From assembly GCA_965263295.1 (NCBI GenBank), contig OZ253665.1, forward strand, positions 768,001-832,000: a DNA stretch of 64,000 nucleotides. The letters are read 5' to 3'. The DNA is from Spirochaetia bacterium (GTDB taxonomy: Bacteria > Spirochaetota > Spirochaetia > SP-2023). A program made the translations under genes and the position numbers. The notes under the pieces are model-generated. The model was not told where the DNA came from. It was given only the letters and a program-made list of their open reading frames with translations, and searched no databases. Each line of letters begins with the position of its first letter. The first letter of the stretch is position 1. Shown here piece by piece: positions 1-10,577 of this stretch.

Positions 1-85
1 TAGACTTAAATAGGCTCTTTGGATGAAGGGACGCTTCCTGTTTGATTGAGTACAAGTAATCCATCCTGCGGTAAAGGTTGAATAT

Positions 86-1465
86 ATGGCGAAAAAGAAG
101 GCTAGTAATGACCGTAAAGATGCTAACCAGCAAGGCGCAAGTATGGACAAAATTGTCGCATTGTGTAAACGACGCGGTTTTGTTTATCCGTCTAGTGAAA
201 TCTATGGCGGCCTGAGTGCGACTTGGGACTATGGCCCTTTGGGGATTGAGCTGAAGCGCAACATCCAGAACCTATGGTGGCAAGAAATGACGCGCCGTCA
301 CAATGACATTGTCGGTCTTGATGCTGCCATTCTGATGCATCCGCGTACTTGGCACGCCTCAGGTCACGTCGATAATTTTAGCGACCCATTGATTGACTGC
401 AAGGTGTGCAAGGCGCGCTACCGTGCCGACCACCTGGAACCAGAAGTTGTGGCTGCGCGCAAATGCCCTGCTTGTGGTGGGGAGATGACTGAGCCGCGCA
501 ATTTTAACTTAATGTTTGCGACGACCTTGGGGGCGATGGAAAGTTCGGGTATGCAGTTGTATCTGCGTCCCGAAACAGCCCAGGGTATTTTTGTCAATTT
601 TAAAAATGTTGTGGATACCAGTCGTGTTGCCATTCCCTTTGGTATAGCCCAGGTTGGTAAAGCTTTCCGTAACGAAATTACCACGCGCAATTTTATTTTC
701 CGCACCTGCGAGTTTGAACAAATGGAAATGCAATATTTTGTCAAGCCCGGAACAGAAGATCACAATTTTGACTACTGGAAGCAAGAGCGTTTGCGTTGGT
801 ATGTCGAGAGGCTGGGTATTGCTCGTGAAAACCTGCGTTTTGAACCTCACGGTCCGGATGAGCTGGCTCATTACGCCAAAATTGCTTGCGATATTCAGTA
901 CCAGTATCCACATGGTTGGGAAGAAATGGAAGGGATTCACTCGCGCACTGATTATGACCTGGCCCGTCACGGCGAGTTCTGCGGTAAAGAAATTCTTTAC
1001 CTTGACCCGCAGAATCAAGAACGCTATGTCCCATATGTTATTGAAACTTCTTGTGGCCTGACTCGCGCGGTGTTGGTAACATTGCTTGACGCCTACCGCG
1101 AAGAGAAGCTGGAAGGTGGCGCTGAAGTGCGCACAATATTGCGTTTCCATCCTGATGTGGCGCCTTATCGCGTCGCCGTGCTGCCACTGATGAAAAAAGA
1201 TGCTTTACCTGAAATAGCCGAAAAGTTAAAACGAGAATTGGCAGAGGAGTATAATGTATTTTATGATCAGCAGGGGTCTATCGGCAAGCGTTATCGCCGC
1301 ATGGATGAAATCGGCACCCCATTCTGTGTCACTGTCGACCCGAAAACCAAAGAAGACAACTGTGTCACCCTGCGTTTTCGTGACAGCATGGAACAACGTC
1401 GTATTGCACTGGCCGATGTAGCCACTACAATACGCAAGGAGAGCAGAGCATATCGAGTGCCATGA
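86..1465 (+). CDS. glyS: Glycine--tRNA ligase, alpha2 (GlyRS-1) type
   Basis: Motifs LCKRRGF, DYGPLG, YLRPETAQG, FRNEI, REFEQME-like, C-terminal anticodon domain (IGKRYRRMDEIGTPFC). Confidence 0.96.
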   Translation: MAKKKASNDRKDANQQGASMDKIVALCKRRGFVYPSSEIYGGLSATWDYGPLGIELKRNIQNLWWQEMTRRHNDIVGLDAAILMHPRTWHASGHVDNFSDPLIDCKVCKARYRADHLEPEVVAARKCPACGGEMTEPRNFNLMFATTLGAMESSGMQLYLRPETAQGIFVNFKNVVDTSRVAIPFGIAQVGKAFRNEITTRNFIFRTCEFEQMEMQYFVKPGTEDHNFDYWKQERLRWYVERLGIARENLRFEPHGPDELAHYAKIACDIQYQYPHGWEEMEGIHSRTDYDLARHGEFCGKEILYLDPQNQERYVPYVIETSCGLTRAVLVTLLDAYREEKLEGGAEVRTILRFHPDVAPYRVAVLPLMKKDALPEIAEKLKRELAEEYNVFYDQQGSIGKRYRRMDEIGTPFCVTVDPKTKEDNCVTLRFRDSMEQRRIALADVATTIRKESRAYRVP

Positions 1466-1534
1466 TCTGGAGAAGATGTGGCCTTTGTTCTAAATGATGT
1501 ATTCAAGACGCTTTTTGCAGGATGCTCATATTTT

Positions 1535-1692
1535 TTATACGGGTATAAAATCGTCCCTTTTAATGGCTGGCTCATGCCAAAAAGCACATTTCATTGGCTT
1601 TCTGATGAAGCTTCATAGCCATTTCTTTCTCGTTATCCCCAGCTGAAATGGTTACGACAGGTTTTAAAATAACTGAAGTAAAATTGACCGCT
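1535..1692 (-). pseudogene. C-terminal remnant of an OsmC/Ohr-family peroxiredoxin gene
   Basis: Minus strand reads (SGQ)FTSVILKPVVTISAGDNEKEMAMKLHQKANEMCFLA*, then HEPAIK in a shifted frame. Resembles the OsmC-like C-terminus (FTxVxLxPxV...LHxxAxxxCF...HEP). No start codon or N-terminal half. Confidence 0.7.
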
Positions 1693-1701
1693 TCATTTAT
1701 T

Positions 1702-2544
1702 CTATGGGCCTGACCAACTGTCTAACGCGGCATGTTTTTCTCTGCGGCGCTGGGATTCTGACTTAGTCCAGTCGTCCTCAAACGCGGCTGCTTCCCAAGA
1801 ACCATAAGCTGGATTGGGCAACATAAACCAGCACTTTCCCCAGTATTCTTCGTATTTGTTCATAGTCTGCAATCGGGCTTCAATACCGCCGTGGATATCA
1901 TCAATGAAGTCGCCAAAGTTGTCGCCGAACAACATAATAATGCGGTATTTTTCTGCCAGAAAAGCGCGGCGAGTCCCCTTGGCCGAGCTCCAATCCGGCT
2001 GTTCTGCCTTTAACAACACGTGCTCGGGGTCGGCCATGGGAAAGCCAAATTTCCGCAGGTTTTCAATGGTTGCCGTTTCTCCGTGAGCTTTGCGGTTGGA
2101 TACATAGAATATCTCTATTCCCTTTTGCGCCGCTGCTTGAGTAAATTGTAGCGCCCCAGGAATGGGCACAGAAGACGCGGAGTCGACGAAGTTCTGCCAG
2201 GTCTCGGAAGCGTAAGCTTGGCCGGTCTCAATGCACCAAGCCTGATACGACATATTATCCAGCACTGTTTCATCAATATCGAGGATGATTGCAGGCTTTT
2301 TAGTCTGGTAATCTTTGCCCTGTTCTATGACAGCGGTCCAATTAGAATCGCGGACAGCTGAGTCAAGCCAGTTTTGGGCGCTGGTATAGAGCGAGAGGTT
2401 GGCGGCCTTGCGCTCTACGGCAGTCTGTTGCCAGAGCACGGCGTTCAAACCATCATCCTGCGCAGTGTCTGCGGGCACATGGCCTCGGGCACTGAGGGAA
2501 AGCGGATACAGTAAAAATACCCAAAAAAGAAAAAACTTATTCAT
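1702..2544 (-). CDS. Class C acid phosphatase / 5'-nucleotidase, e(P4) family (HAD), secreted
   Basis: Signal peptide, DIDETVLDN motif, YVSNR, GDNFGDF, LPNPAYGSWE. Confidence 0.9.
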   Translation of the reverse strand: MNKFFLFWVFLLYPLSLSARGHVPADTAQDDGLNAVLWQQTAVERKAANLSLYTSAQNWLDSAVRDSNWTAVIEQGKDYQTKKPAIILDIDETVLDNMSYQAWCIETGQAYASETWQNFVDSASSVPIPGALQFTQAAAQKGIEIFYVSNRKAHGETATIENLRKFGFPMADPEHVLLKAEQPDWSSAKGTRRAFLAEKYRIIMLFGDNFGDFIDDIHGGIEARLQTMNKYEEYWGKCWFMLPNPAYGSWEAAAFEDDWTKSESQRRREKHAALDSWSGP

Positions 2545-2727
2545 TATTAAATTCCTTTATTAATAAAATCTCTATCATAAAATATGATAATGATTGAATA
2601 TATCGTTACGCTGTTCAAAGAGTCAACAGGAATACAGATATATTTTCACAAAAATCCTGACGAACTTGATTTATGATATAAATTTATGAGATAATATAAT
2701 TTATATTCTTTAAAAAGGAAATTGACC

Positions 2728-3957
2728 GTGAAAAATCTAGTAAAAGCTTGGAACAGACTGAGCATCGTCCAAAGAATTATTATAGGCTTGATTGTCGGCC
2801 TCATTTTGTACTTTATCTTTCCGCAAGAATTAACTTTCATTAGTATTTTCGGCCAGTTCTTCGTTCTCGCCTTGAGGGCTGTCGCACCGGTATTGGTCTT
2901 TATCATTGTGGCCTCTGCTGTGGCGAATCACCAGAGTGGAAAGAGGAGTAACCTGGGGAGAATTATCATCTTGTATCTGATTGGAACTTTTTTTGCAAGC
3001 TTGATTGCCGTTATTATGAGTTTTATATTCCCGGTGAGTATCAGCCTGGTATCGAATGATTCCGATCTCAGTGCAGCAGGCAGTATCCATGAAGTACTGA
3101 AAAATCTGGTACTCAGCATTTTTAAAAATCCTGTTGACGCTCTTTTGAATGTAAATTTCATCGGGATTCTGGTCTGGGGCATATTCCTGGGGCTGGGGCT
3201 GCGAAAAAGTGCCTCTTCAAGTAAAAATTTTCTTGCGGACTTGGCGGAAGCTCTGTCTTTTATCATAAAAATTGTAATGCAAATCGCTCCTCTGGGTGTC
3301 ATGGGTCTGATTTACCAGGCTTTGACAGAAAATGGTCTTGCGGCTCTTGCTGATTATGGTCAGCTGCTATGTGTTTTAGTAGCTTGTTATCTGATCATTA
3401 CCCTGGTATTGAATCCGCTGATTGTCTGGTTTAATATTCGGCAGAATCCCTATCCTTTGGTATTTCGCTGCTTGCGCGAGAGCGGTATAACAGCATTTTT
3501 TATGCGCAGCTCCGCAGCGAATATTCCCGTAAATATGATGCTCTGCCAAAATATGGGGCTTGCAAAAGAGACCTACTCCGTCTCAATACCGCTGGGAGCG
3601 ACAATCAATATGGCCGGTGCCGCTGTGACGATACCGGTATTAGCTCTTGCTGCAGTCCACACCCTGGGCATTCATGTCGACATATTTACTGCCTTGCTTC
3701 TGGCTTTTGTTTCGGCACTCGCTGCTTGCGGGGCTTCGGGGGTTCCGGGCGGTTCCCTTTTGTTGATCCCTTTAGCCACCAGTCTATTTGGTATTCCCAA
3801 CGATGTGGGCATGCAAGTTGTCGGCGTCGGTTTTATCATTAGTTTTCTTGAAGATTCACTGGAGACAGCTCTCAACTCACATAGTGATGCTTTATTTACA
3901 ATCAGTGCTGAATTTAATGTATGGAAAAAGCAAGGCAAGAGCCTCCCTCCCGTATGA
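2728..3957 (+). CDS. sstT: Serine/threonine:Na+ symporter (DAACS family)
   Basis: ALRAVAPVLVF, RSSAANIPVN, SIPLGATINMAGAA, ACGASGVPGGSLLLIPLA; GTG start chosen from AGGA RBS spacing. Confidence 0.92.
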   Translation: MKNLVKAWNRLSIVQRIIIGLIVGLILYFIFPQELTFISIFGQFFVLALRAVAPVLVFIIVASAVANHQSGKRSNLGRIIILYLIGTFFASLIAVIMSFIFPVSISLVSNDSDLSAAGSIHEVLKNLVLSIFKNPVDALLNVNFIGILVWGIFLGLGLRKSASSSKNFLADLAEALSFIIKIVMQIAPLGVMGLIYQALTENGLAALADYGQLLCVLVACYLIITLVLNPLIVWFNIRQNPYPLVFRCLRESGITAFFMRSSAANIPVNMMLCQNMGLAKETYSVSIPLGATINMAGAAVTIPVLALAAVHTLGIHVDIFTALLLAFVSALAACGASGVPGGSLLLIPLATSLFGIPNDVGMQVVGVGFIISFLEDSLETALNSHSDALFTISAEFNVWKKQGKSLPPV

Positions 3958-4086
3958 ATTGTTGGGGAAAGAAGTCACCGCATACCCGCCTTGTGCCTTG
4001 GGTGCCTTGCCTAGCGGCCTAGCGCCACAGCAGAGGCACCACTGGGGCGCGCGGGGCTTAGGAACTTGATGGAGCAAAAAAGTATA

Positions 4087-5613
4087 TTAGTTGTTTCTGG
4101 AGTCTTTATCGCGCATCGCGGCCCAAGTTTGCGTACATTGTACCGCCCGCTTCCAACCCTTGTAGTTCCGCTCGCGTTCCTCCACATCCAAATTGGGTGC
4201 AAAAGTTCTATCCATTACCGCTTTACCTGCCAACTCATCGAAACTGCTCCAAAAAGCAACTGCTAGGCCCGCTAAATAAGCTGATCCTAGAGCTGTCACT
4301 TCAGTTACTTCGGGACGAAGGACTGTGGCAGCGAGTACATCTGCTTGAAACTGCATCAAAAAGTTATTTGAAACGGCACCACCGTCAACGCGCAGGGCAG
4401 AAAGTTTAATGCCGGAATCCGCCTGCATGGCATCAAGCACGTCGCGCGTCTGGTAGGCAATACTCTCAAGTGTCGCGCGAATGATATGGGCGGAGTTGAC
4501 CCCCCGAGTCAAGCCTACGATGGTTCCCCGGGCGTAGGCATCCCAATATGGTGCACCGAGTCCCGTAAACGCCGGCACCACATACACGCCATTGGAGTTA
4601 TCGACTTTTGTGGCAAAATACTCTGAATCCTTGGCATCATTCAGCAGATTCATCTCATCGCGCAGCCATTGAATGGCTGCACCTGCCATGAAAACGGCAC
4701 CTTCCAGCGCGTAGGCCGGATGACCCGAAGCATCACAGGCAATAGTAGTCAGAAGTCCATTTTGTGAAAGGACTTTCTCTTTGCCGGTATTCATGAGCAA
4801 GAAACAACCTGTACCATAGGTATTTTTTGCCTGGCCAGCTTCTACGCACATCTGTCCATACAAAGCGGCCTGTTGATCGCCGGCAATGCCGGCAATTGGG
4901 ATGCGGGTGCCCGTTTTACCACCGATATCGGTATAACCATAAACTTCAGAAGATTTTTTTACCTCCGGCATCATACTCAATGGGATTGAGAGTTCTTTCA
5001 GCAGGGTTTCATCCCACTGCATACGGTCGATATTAAACAGCATCGTCCGGGAGGCATTGCTGTAGTCCGTTACGTGGACCGTGTTTTGTGTCATTTTCCA
5101 AACTAACCAGGTATCGACGTTGCCAAATAATAGCTTGCCGGCCTCGGCATCTCTGCGTGCGCCGCTCACGTTGTCTAAAATCCATTTGATTTTGGTACCC
5201 GAAAAATAAGGATCCAGTACCAGGCCAGTGTTCTGGCGTATATAATTCTCCAAACCGCGCTGTTTGAGTTCTTCACAGATTGGCGCAGTGCGGCGGCACT
5301 GCCAGACAATCGCATTGTAGACGGGCTTGCCGGTGTCCTTGTTCCAGACAATCGTTGTTTCGCGCTGATTGGTAATGCCGATGGCGGCGATCTGGTCACT
5401 GGTAATCCCAGATTTTCCCAAGGTCTCAATTAATGTCGCGCTCTGCGTGGCGTAAATCTCTAGCGGATCGTGCTCCACCCAGCCAGCCTGCGGGTAAATT
5501 TGAGTAAATTCACGCTGTGAATGGCTGATAATATTGGCGTCGCGGTCCAAAACAACGGCGCGTGAACTTGTCGTGCCCTGATCCAAGGCCACAATATATT
5601 TTTGTTGCGTCAT
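4087..5613 (-). CDS. glpK: Glycerol kinase
   Basis: [48 protein letters not shown]. Confidence 0.97.
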   Translation of the reverse strand: MTQQKYIVALDQGTTSSRAVVLDRDANIISHSQREFTQIYPQAGWVEHDPLEIYATQSATLIETLGKSGITSDQIAAIGITNQRETTIVWNKDTGKPVYNAIVWQCRRTAPICEELKQRGLENYIRQNTGLVLDPYFSGTKIKWILDNVSGARRDAEAGKLLFGNVDTWLVWKMTQNTVHVTDYSNASRTMLFNIDRMQWDETLLKELSIPLSMMPEVKKSSEVYGYTDIGGKTGTRIPIAGIAGDQQAALYGQMCVEAGQAKNTYGTGCFLLMNTGKEKVLSQNGLLTTIACDASGHPAYALEGAVFMAGAAIQWLRDEMNLLNDAKDSEYFATKVDNSNGVYVVPAFTGLGAPYWDAYARGTIVGLTRGVNSAHIIRATLESIAYQTRDVLDAMQADSGIKLSALRVDGGAVSNNFLMQFQADVLAATVLRPEVTEVTALGSAYLAGLAVAFWSSFDELAGKAVMDRTFAPNLDVEERERNYKGWKRAVQCTQTWAAMRDKDSRNN

Positions 5614-5858
5614 AATATTCTCCTTTCTAAGTTTAATTCCAAAGAGATTTTGCAGTTTATTCTTTTATTCTTTAGTTTACAAGTAAGGGCATTTTCCGGC
5701 AGCTGCGAGATAGACGAGCAGCCAAAACAAAAAGCCACCGTTTTTGCAATTAGTTCTGATGTGGGCAAGCCCCCGGCAAACATACCTTGAATGGCCATGA
5801 CACAAGTTCAATTTGATGACAAGTTTACTGCACGTTCAATTGGCAAGTTCGTTCATTT

Positions 5859-6617
5859 TCAGCTCAGCGCCATATAAACGGCTGCGGCAATGACTCCTCC
5901 CAGGATAGGCCCCAAAACGGGAACCCATGCGTAGCCCCAATCAGATCCCAACGCCGGGGGAGATTGGGCTGTTGCTTTACGGAAAAGCACGGCGTGTATA
6001 ATCCGCGGCCCCAGGTCGCGGGCAGGATTGATGGCATAGCCGGTGGGCCCGCCCAAAGAAAGTCCGATGGCCCAGACGATAATCGCCACCGGTAGTGCGC
6101 CGATGGAACCCAGACCGATCTTCGCACTGGCATTTGCTCCGTTTTCGATTGTGGGCCCCGAAAGGTAAAAAACGGCAAACATCAGCACAAAAGTCCCGAT
6201 AATTTCACTCAGCAAGTTCGACAAAGGCTTGCGAATGGCCGGAATGGTAGAAAAACAGGCCAGTTTTAAGGTCTCGTTCTCCGTCGCGGAGAAGTGGTCT
6301 TTGTACGCGAGCCACACGAAAAATCCACCTAGCATGGCGCCGACCATCTGACCGGCAAGGTAAGTAGGCACAAGCTGCCAAGCCGTTTTTTGCGCAATGG
6401 CCAGCCCGATGGTAACGGCGGGATTTATGTGTGACCCGCTATAGGGCCCGGCAACCATTACGCCGACAAATACCGCAAAGGCCCAGCCTGAAGTAATGAC
6501 CATCCAACCAGAGCCATTCCCCTTGCTCTTTTCAAGGACAACGCATGCCACGACACCATTGCCCAGCAACACCAGCAGCAATGTGCCGATAAGTTCTGCA
6601 ACAAAAATTGATTCCAT
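5859..6617 (-). CDS. glpF: Glycerol uptake facilitator (aquaglyceroporin, MIP family)
   Basis: Two NPA motifs (HINPAVT, AINPARD); located between dhaL and glpK. Confidence 0.93.
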   Translation of the reverse strand: MESIFVAELIGTLLLVLLGNGVVACVVLEKSKGNGSGWMVITSGWAFAVFVGVMVAGPYSGSHINPAVTIGLAIAQKTAWQLVPTYLAGQMVGAMLGGFFVWLAYKDHFSATENETLKLACFSTIPAIRKPLSNLLSEIIGTFVLMFAVFYLSGPTIENGANASAKIGLGSIGALPVAIIVWAIGLSLGGPTGYAINPARDLGPRIIHAVLFRKATAQSPPALGSDWGYAWVPVLGPILGGVIAAAVYMALS

Positions 6618-6689
6618 AAATCAACTCCGATTTTATAAAATTAGTTCTTTTAAATAAGATTTTTATCATTTTTGTACATGAGTCAGCAA

Positions 6690-7310
6690 CTAGAATCTGT
6701 TTACGATTTCCTGAAACATGAGCCCTACCGCCATAGCTCCCGCGTCTGGATGTCCAATGCTTCTCTCTTTGACATAGCTGGCCCTTCCTTTAGTCGCTAT
6801 GATTTCGCCGGTTTTTTCCGCGCCCTTTACGGCGGCCTCCGCGCCCCTGGCGAGGGCCGTGGGCAAGCCACTGGCCGCATTTGCCTTGACGGCCTCTGCC
6901 GCGGGAATCAGAGCATCCAGCAGGGTCTTGTCGCCGGCTTTGGCCCCCCCGACTTTCTGTATTCCGAGCACCGCCTGGAAGAGCAGCTCGGCGATATCTG
7001 TGGCATCCAGCTCATCTTTGCTCTGGGCATACTTTCCCATGCTCCTAAATGCTGTGCCCCAGATTGGCCCCGAAGCCCCGCCGCAATATTCGGTTATAAT
7101 CATGGCGCAACTTTTTAAGAAAGCCCCTATGTCTTCCCTGGAAAGTTGCAGCCATTGGGCCTTGATCTGCTTGAATCCCTTGGCCAGGGATGCGCCAAAG
7201 TCTCCATCTCCGGCGGCTCCATCAAGCTCGCAGAAATACATCTCGTTTTCTATTGCGACATTGGCCATGAGCTCTACTGCTTTTATAACTTCCGTTATCT
7301 TTGCCTTCAT
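6690..7310 (-). CDS. dhaL: Dihydroxyacetone kinase ADP-binding subunit
   Basis: LDGAAGDGDFG, GGASGP, GDKTLLDAL, KGRASY, DAGA. Confidence 0.93.
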   Translation of the reverse strand: MKAKITEVIKAVELMANVAIENEMYFCELDGAAGDGDFGASLAKGFKQIKAQWLQLSREDIGAFLKSCAMIITEYCGGASGPIWGTAFRSMGKYAQSKDELDATDIAELLFQAVLGIQKVGGAKAGDKTLLDALIPAAEAVKANAASGLPTALARGAEAAVKGAEKTGEIIATKGRASYVKERSIGHPDAGAMAVGLMFQEIVNRF

Positions 7311-7345
7311 TTCTTCTCTTTCCTAAATACTTTATATCCGGCACC

Positions 7346-8353
7346 TCAGCGATGATGCCTGCAAATAAATAATGCCGGAGTACAAGCTTTTGCGCCTAAA
7401 AGAGCTTTCAGCTCTTCGTCCAATTTTAGCAGGGTCACGGAGGCGCCCGTCATTTCCAGCGAGGTCATGTAATTGCCGACAAATGTTTTATAAACTTTTA
7501 GGCCCTTTGTCTGGGTTTCCCGTGTCACGGCGCTATTCAAAAGGTAAAGTTCCTGCAGGGGACTCCCGCCGAGACCGTTGATCATTAAAGCTATCTCGTC
7601 TCCCGGCTTGTAGATTTGCTCGGCAAGAATTTTGTCGACAAGCTTTTCGGCGAGCTGTGTCGCCGGCAATACCGCCTCCCGGCTGATTCCTTGCTCTCCG
7701 TGAATGCCCACTCCAAACTCCATCCTATCATCTTCCAATGTGAACGTGGGGCTTCCCTTTGCCGGCACTGTGCAGGAACTCAGTGCAAACCCCAAACTTC
7801 GTACCTGCGCAATGACTTTTTCCGCTACTGCTTTGACTTCTTCAAGACTTTTACCGCATTCGGCTGCCGCACCGGCAATTTTATGGACCAAAATAGTGCC
7901 GGCAACACCTCGCCGGCCCGTGGTATACAGGCTGTCCTGCACTGCGACATCATCATTGACGTAGACTTTTGCCACTTTGATGCCATCGTCTTCAGCCATT
8001 GATGCTGCGGCATCAAAGTTCATGACGTCCCCAGTATAATTTTTGACGATCAGCAAAGTCCCTTTGTTTGATTTTGTCGCGACAATTGCATTGTAGACCT
8101 GTATGGTCGACGGCGAGGCAAAGACATCGCCGCAAACAGCCGCATCCAACATGCCTGTCCCTACAAAACCAGCGTGGGCCGGCTCATGGCCACTCCCTCC
8201 GCCCGAAATCAAACTGACTTTATCGGGGTTGAGGCTCTTTCTTTTGACAATTTTATATTTCAGGTCGGCACTCAGCAAGTTGGGATGAGCCTTGAGCATC
8301 CCGTCTATCATTTGCGTCACCAGATTTTCCGCATTATCTATGATTTTCTTCAT
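7346..8353 (-). CDS. dhaK: Dihydroxyacetone kinase DHA-binding subunit
   Basis: MKKII start, SGGGSGHEPAHAGFVG, KNYTGD, GRRGVAG, GIHGE; start trimmed to ATG 8353. Confidence 0.94.
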   Translation of the reverse strand: MKKIIDNAENLVTQMIDGMLKAHPNLLSADLKYKIVKRKSLNPDKVSLISGGGSGHEPAHAGFVGTGMLDAAVCGDVFASPSTIQVYNAIVATKSNKGTLLIVKNYTGDVMNFDAAASMAEDDGIKVAKVYVNDDVAVQDSLYTTGRRGVAGTILVHKIAGAAAECGKSLEEVKAVAEKVIAQVRSLGFALSSCTVPAKGSPTFTLEDDRMEFGVGIHGEQGISREAVLPATQLAEKLVDKILAEQIYKPGDEIALMINGLGGSPLQELYLLNSAVTRETQTKGLKVYKTFVGNYMTSLEMTGASVTLLKLDEELKALLGAKACTPALFICRHHR

Positions 8354-8432
8354 AATAGTTTTCCCCAATTCTCCATAATCTTCCAAGATTTTTAATTCAG
8401 CGACAAAGCTTCTTGCCACATATTACTATTAT

Positions 8433-8483
8433 ATTATAAAACAAAAATGAAGAAATTACAAAATATTTTTATAAAAATATTTT
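8433..8483 (-). promoter_or_regulatory. Sigma70 promoter of dhaK operon with overlapping 24-bp palindrome
   Basis: Minus strand TTGTAA(8461-8456)-N17-TATAAT(8438-8433); perfect palindrome AAAATATTTTTATAAAAATATTTT at 8460-8483. Confidence 0.6.
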
Positions 8484-8659
8484 AAAAATACAATAATTAA
8501 TATTTATAAATGCAGCCAAAGCGAATGCAGCAAATATTTCGGCATTGGACATGAATTGTCATTTAATCAAAGTGCTTGGTTAGTTCAGACAACGCTAGAA
8601 TCAATTGAAACTTATTAATACTCTAAAAAGACGTCTGGATTTTCAGTTCTTATTTTTTC

Positions 8660-9961
8660 TTATTTTTTCATGGGTGTATGCCAAGCTCCATCTCCAGGGC
8701 TATTGCCCGTTAGTTTTACATCTAAATAAACCAAACGGTGATCCGAACTAGCCGGGGGCGACTTTCTGATTTCATTTTCTACCAAATAATGTAGTTTATT
8801 TTTTATTTCTGGCCAAAATACTGCAGTGGCTAGCACCTTGATTCCGGCTACTGACGGCAATACGTAATCCGCACGCATTTTCCAGTCGGCTGTATGGCTG
8901 GCTGAATACGGATTGTCGGGAGCGTGCTCGGCGCCACCCATACTCGCCGGCAGCGGCTCTCCATTGATAAAATTGCTCTGAGTCAACATACTGATGGGAT
9001 CGCCGGTGGCATCCCCTTCATCTGAAGACGCGTTCAAATCGCCCATGATGACAAAACGCTCACCTCCGGCTAGCCCGCCGAAACGAGCATTATCGTCGTA
9101 GATGTAGCCGGCTAGAGTTGGGTCACAGTAGTCGCGCCAGAAGCGGATTTCGTCGTGATTGCGGCGGCCGTTGCGGTCCTCGTCGCCATCAAATACCGGC
9201 GGGGTTGGGTGACTGGCGAGTATGTGCAGAATCTTACCATCGACATTGATGGGTATGTCCCAGTGACTCTTCGACGACAGGCGCAAGACTTCCAGTTCTG
9301 CATCGCTGTACCAGTATTTTTTTGATTTTTCCTGGATTTTTTCTTGGGTCTCTGTCTGAGCTTCTGTCTGAGCTTCTGTTTGAACGGGCAGCATGGCGCC
9401 GGGCATATCTTTCCAGAGAAAGTGCTGGAAAGTGCGCACCCGCTCGACAACGATGGGGTGGCGTGACAACAGTACCATGCCATATTGTCCGGGAAATGCC
9501 CCAAAGCCATAAGCATCCCCCGCGCCGCCTATGGCGCCATTGTTGTCGAGATCAAAGCCGCTGGGGATGCCAGTATTGGACTCCGCCAGATAGAAATAAG
9601 GGTAGTCGATTGGGTCGGCACCATTATGTGCCACCTGTAAATAGTTTTCTTTGAAGGCATTGACTGCAGAGCCGTCTGCCACATAGTCAAACTCTTGTAA
9701 CAAGACAATATCGGGGCGTACCCGCTGCAGAATCTCGGCGACATGCGCTATCTGTAAATTGTCGCCCGACGACAAGTCGGTGAGTAATTTTCCCGCAGCG
9801 TTGCGATTGAGATAGACGTTAAATGTGGCAAGACGCAACAGTTGGGAGGGTTCTTTTGAACAAGCCCAGACTGTGAATGAAAGCAGCCAGAAAATAGCAG
9901 CAAAACAAAGTTCCTTCGTGCTAAAATACTTTCTTGCCTTACGTCTTGCTAACTTCATCAC
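8660..9961 (-). CDS. Endonuclease/exonuclease/phosphatase family protein, probable lipoprotein
   Basis: ATFN, LLQEFD, RLSSKSHWD, SHPTPPVFDG, GDLN, RADYVLPS, SSDHRLV; lipobox-like VWAC. Confidence 0.88.
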   Translation of the reverse strand: MMKLARRKARKYFSTKELCFAAIFWLLSFTVWACSKEPSQLLRLATFNVYLNRNAAGKLLTDLSSGDNLQIAHVAEILQRVRPDIVLLQEFDYVADGSAVNAFKENYLQVAHNGADPIDYPYFYLAESNTGIPSGFDLDNNGAIGGAGDAYGFGAFPGQYGMVLLSRHPIVVERVRTFQHFLWKDMPGAMLPVQTEAQTEAQTETQEKIQEKSKKYWYSDAELEVLRLSSKSHWDIPINVDGKILHILASHPTPPVFDGDEDRNGRRNHDEIRFWRDYCDPTLAGYIYDDNARFGGLAGGERFVIMGDLNASSDEGDATGDPISMLTQSNFINGEPLPASMGGAEHAPDNPYSASHTADWKMRADYVLPSVAGIKVLATAVFWPEIKNKLHYLVENEIRKSPPASSDHRLVYLDVKLTGNSPGDGAWHTPMKK

Positions 9962-10577
9962 CAGCCTCCCGTATTTTTGAAAGGGTTAGATCCTGCGTTC
10001 AGTAAAGTATATATTAAATTATTTGAATCATAATATTATTTAAAAATAATAAATTTTTTGTAATGATACTTATAGGCAAGATTATAGTAGCCGACATTAT
10101 ATAAATACTTTCTAAGAAATGAGAAACAAGTACTGCCAGAATACCCATATCCCAAAGTTGCATTCTGTGGTAAAACGACCGGCTGGCGGGAGTCTACAGC
10201 TAGATGGCAGGAAAGCTTATGCAGAGCCTTGACTTCTCTTGTTTTTTCTTGGCTTTTTGCAAGAATTTTGCCGAATAATATTTGTCTGTTTTTATGTCGA
10301 ATATTTAATTGAAGGCGAGTCGCTATGGCCGCTGACAACGTAAGGTAGATGAGATACATGGAGGTTGGGAGTGATTAATGAACCAAATCCCACTTCCTCA
10401 ACAGGGCGTACATTGATCGCGCGTCATATTGACGGGTTTATTCATTGTTCACATTCCGCAGCAATTTCTTCAGTGCAGAGTAACCTATAGACCCAGAATG
10501 AACATGCTAATTTACATGTAAAAAATAAAGAAGTACAAAAAGACATAGGAAGGGAACAACCCGCGCCGGGTTTGTGG

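Noticed and set aside
1463..1618. TGA readthrough extension of glyS (frame stays open ~50 codons)
   Set aside because: GlyRS is already complete; the region is better explained by the antisense OsmC remnant.
10036..10359. 107-aa ORF as a real gene
   Set aside because: No RBS or recognisable domain; the AT-rich tail overlaps probable promoter DNA.
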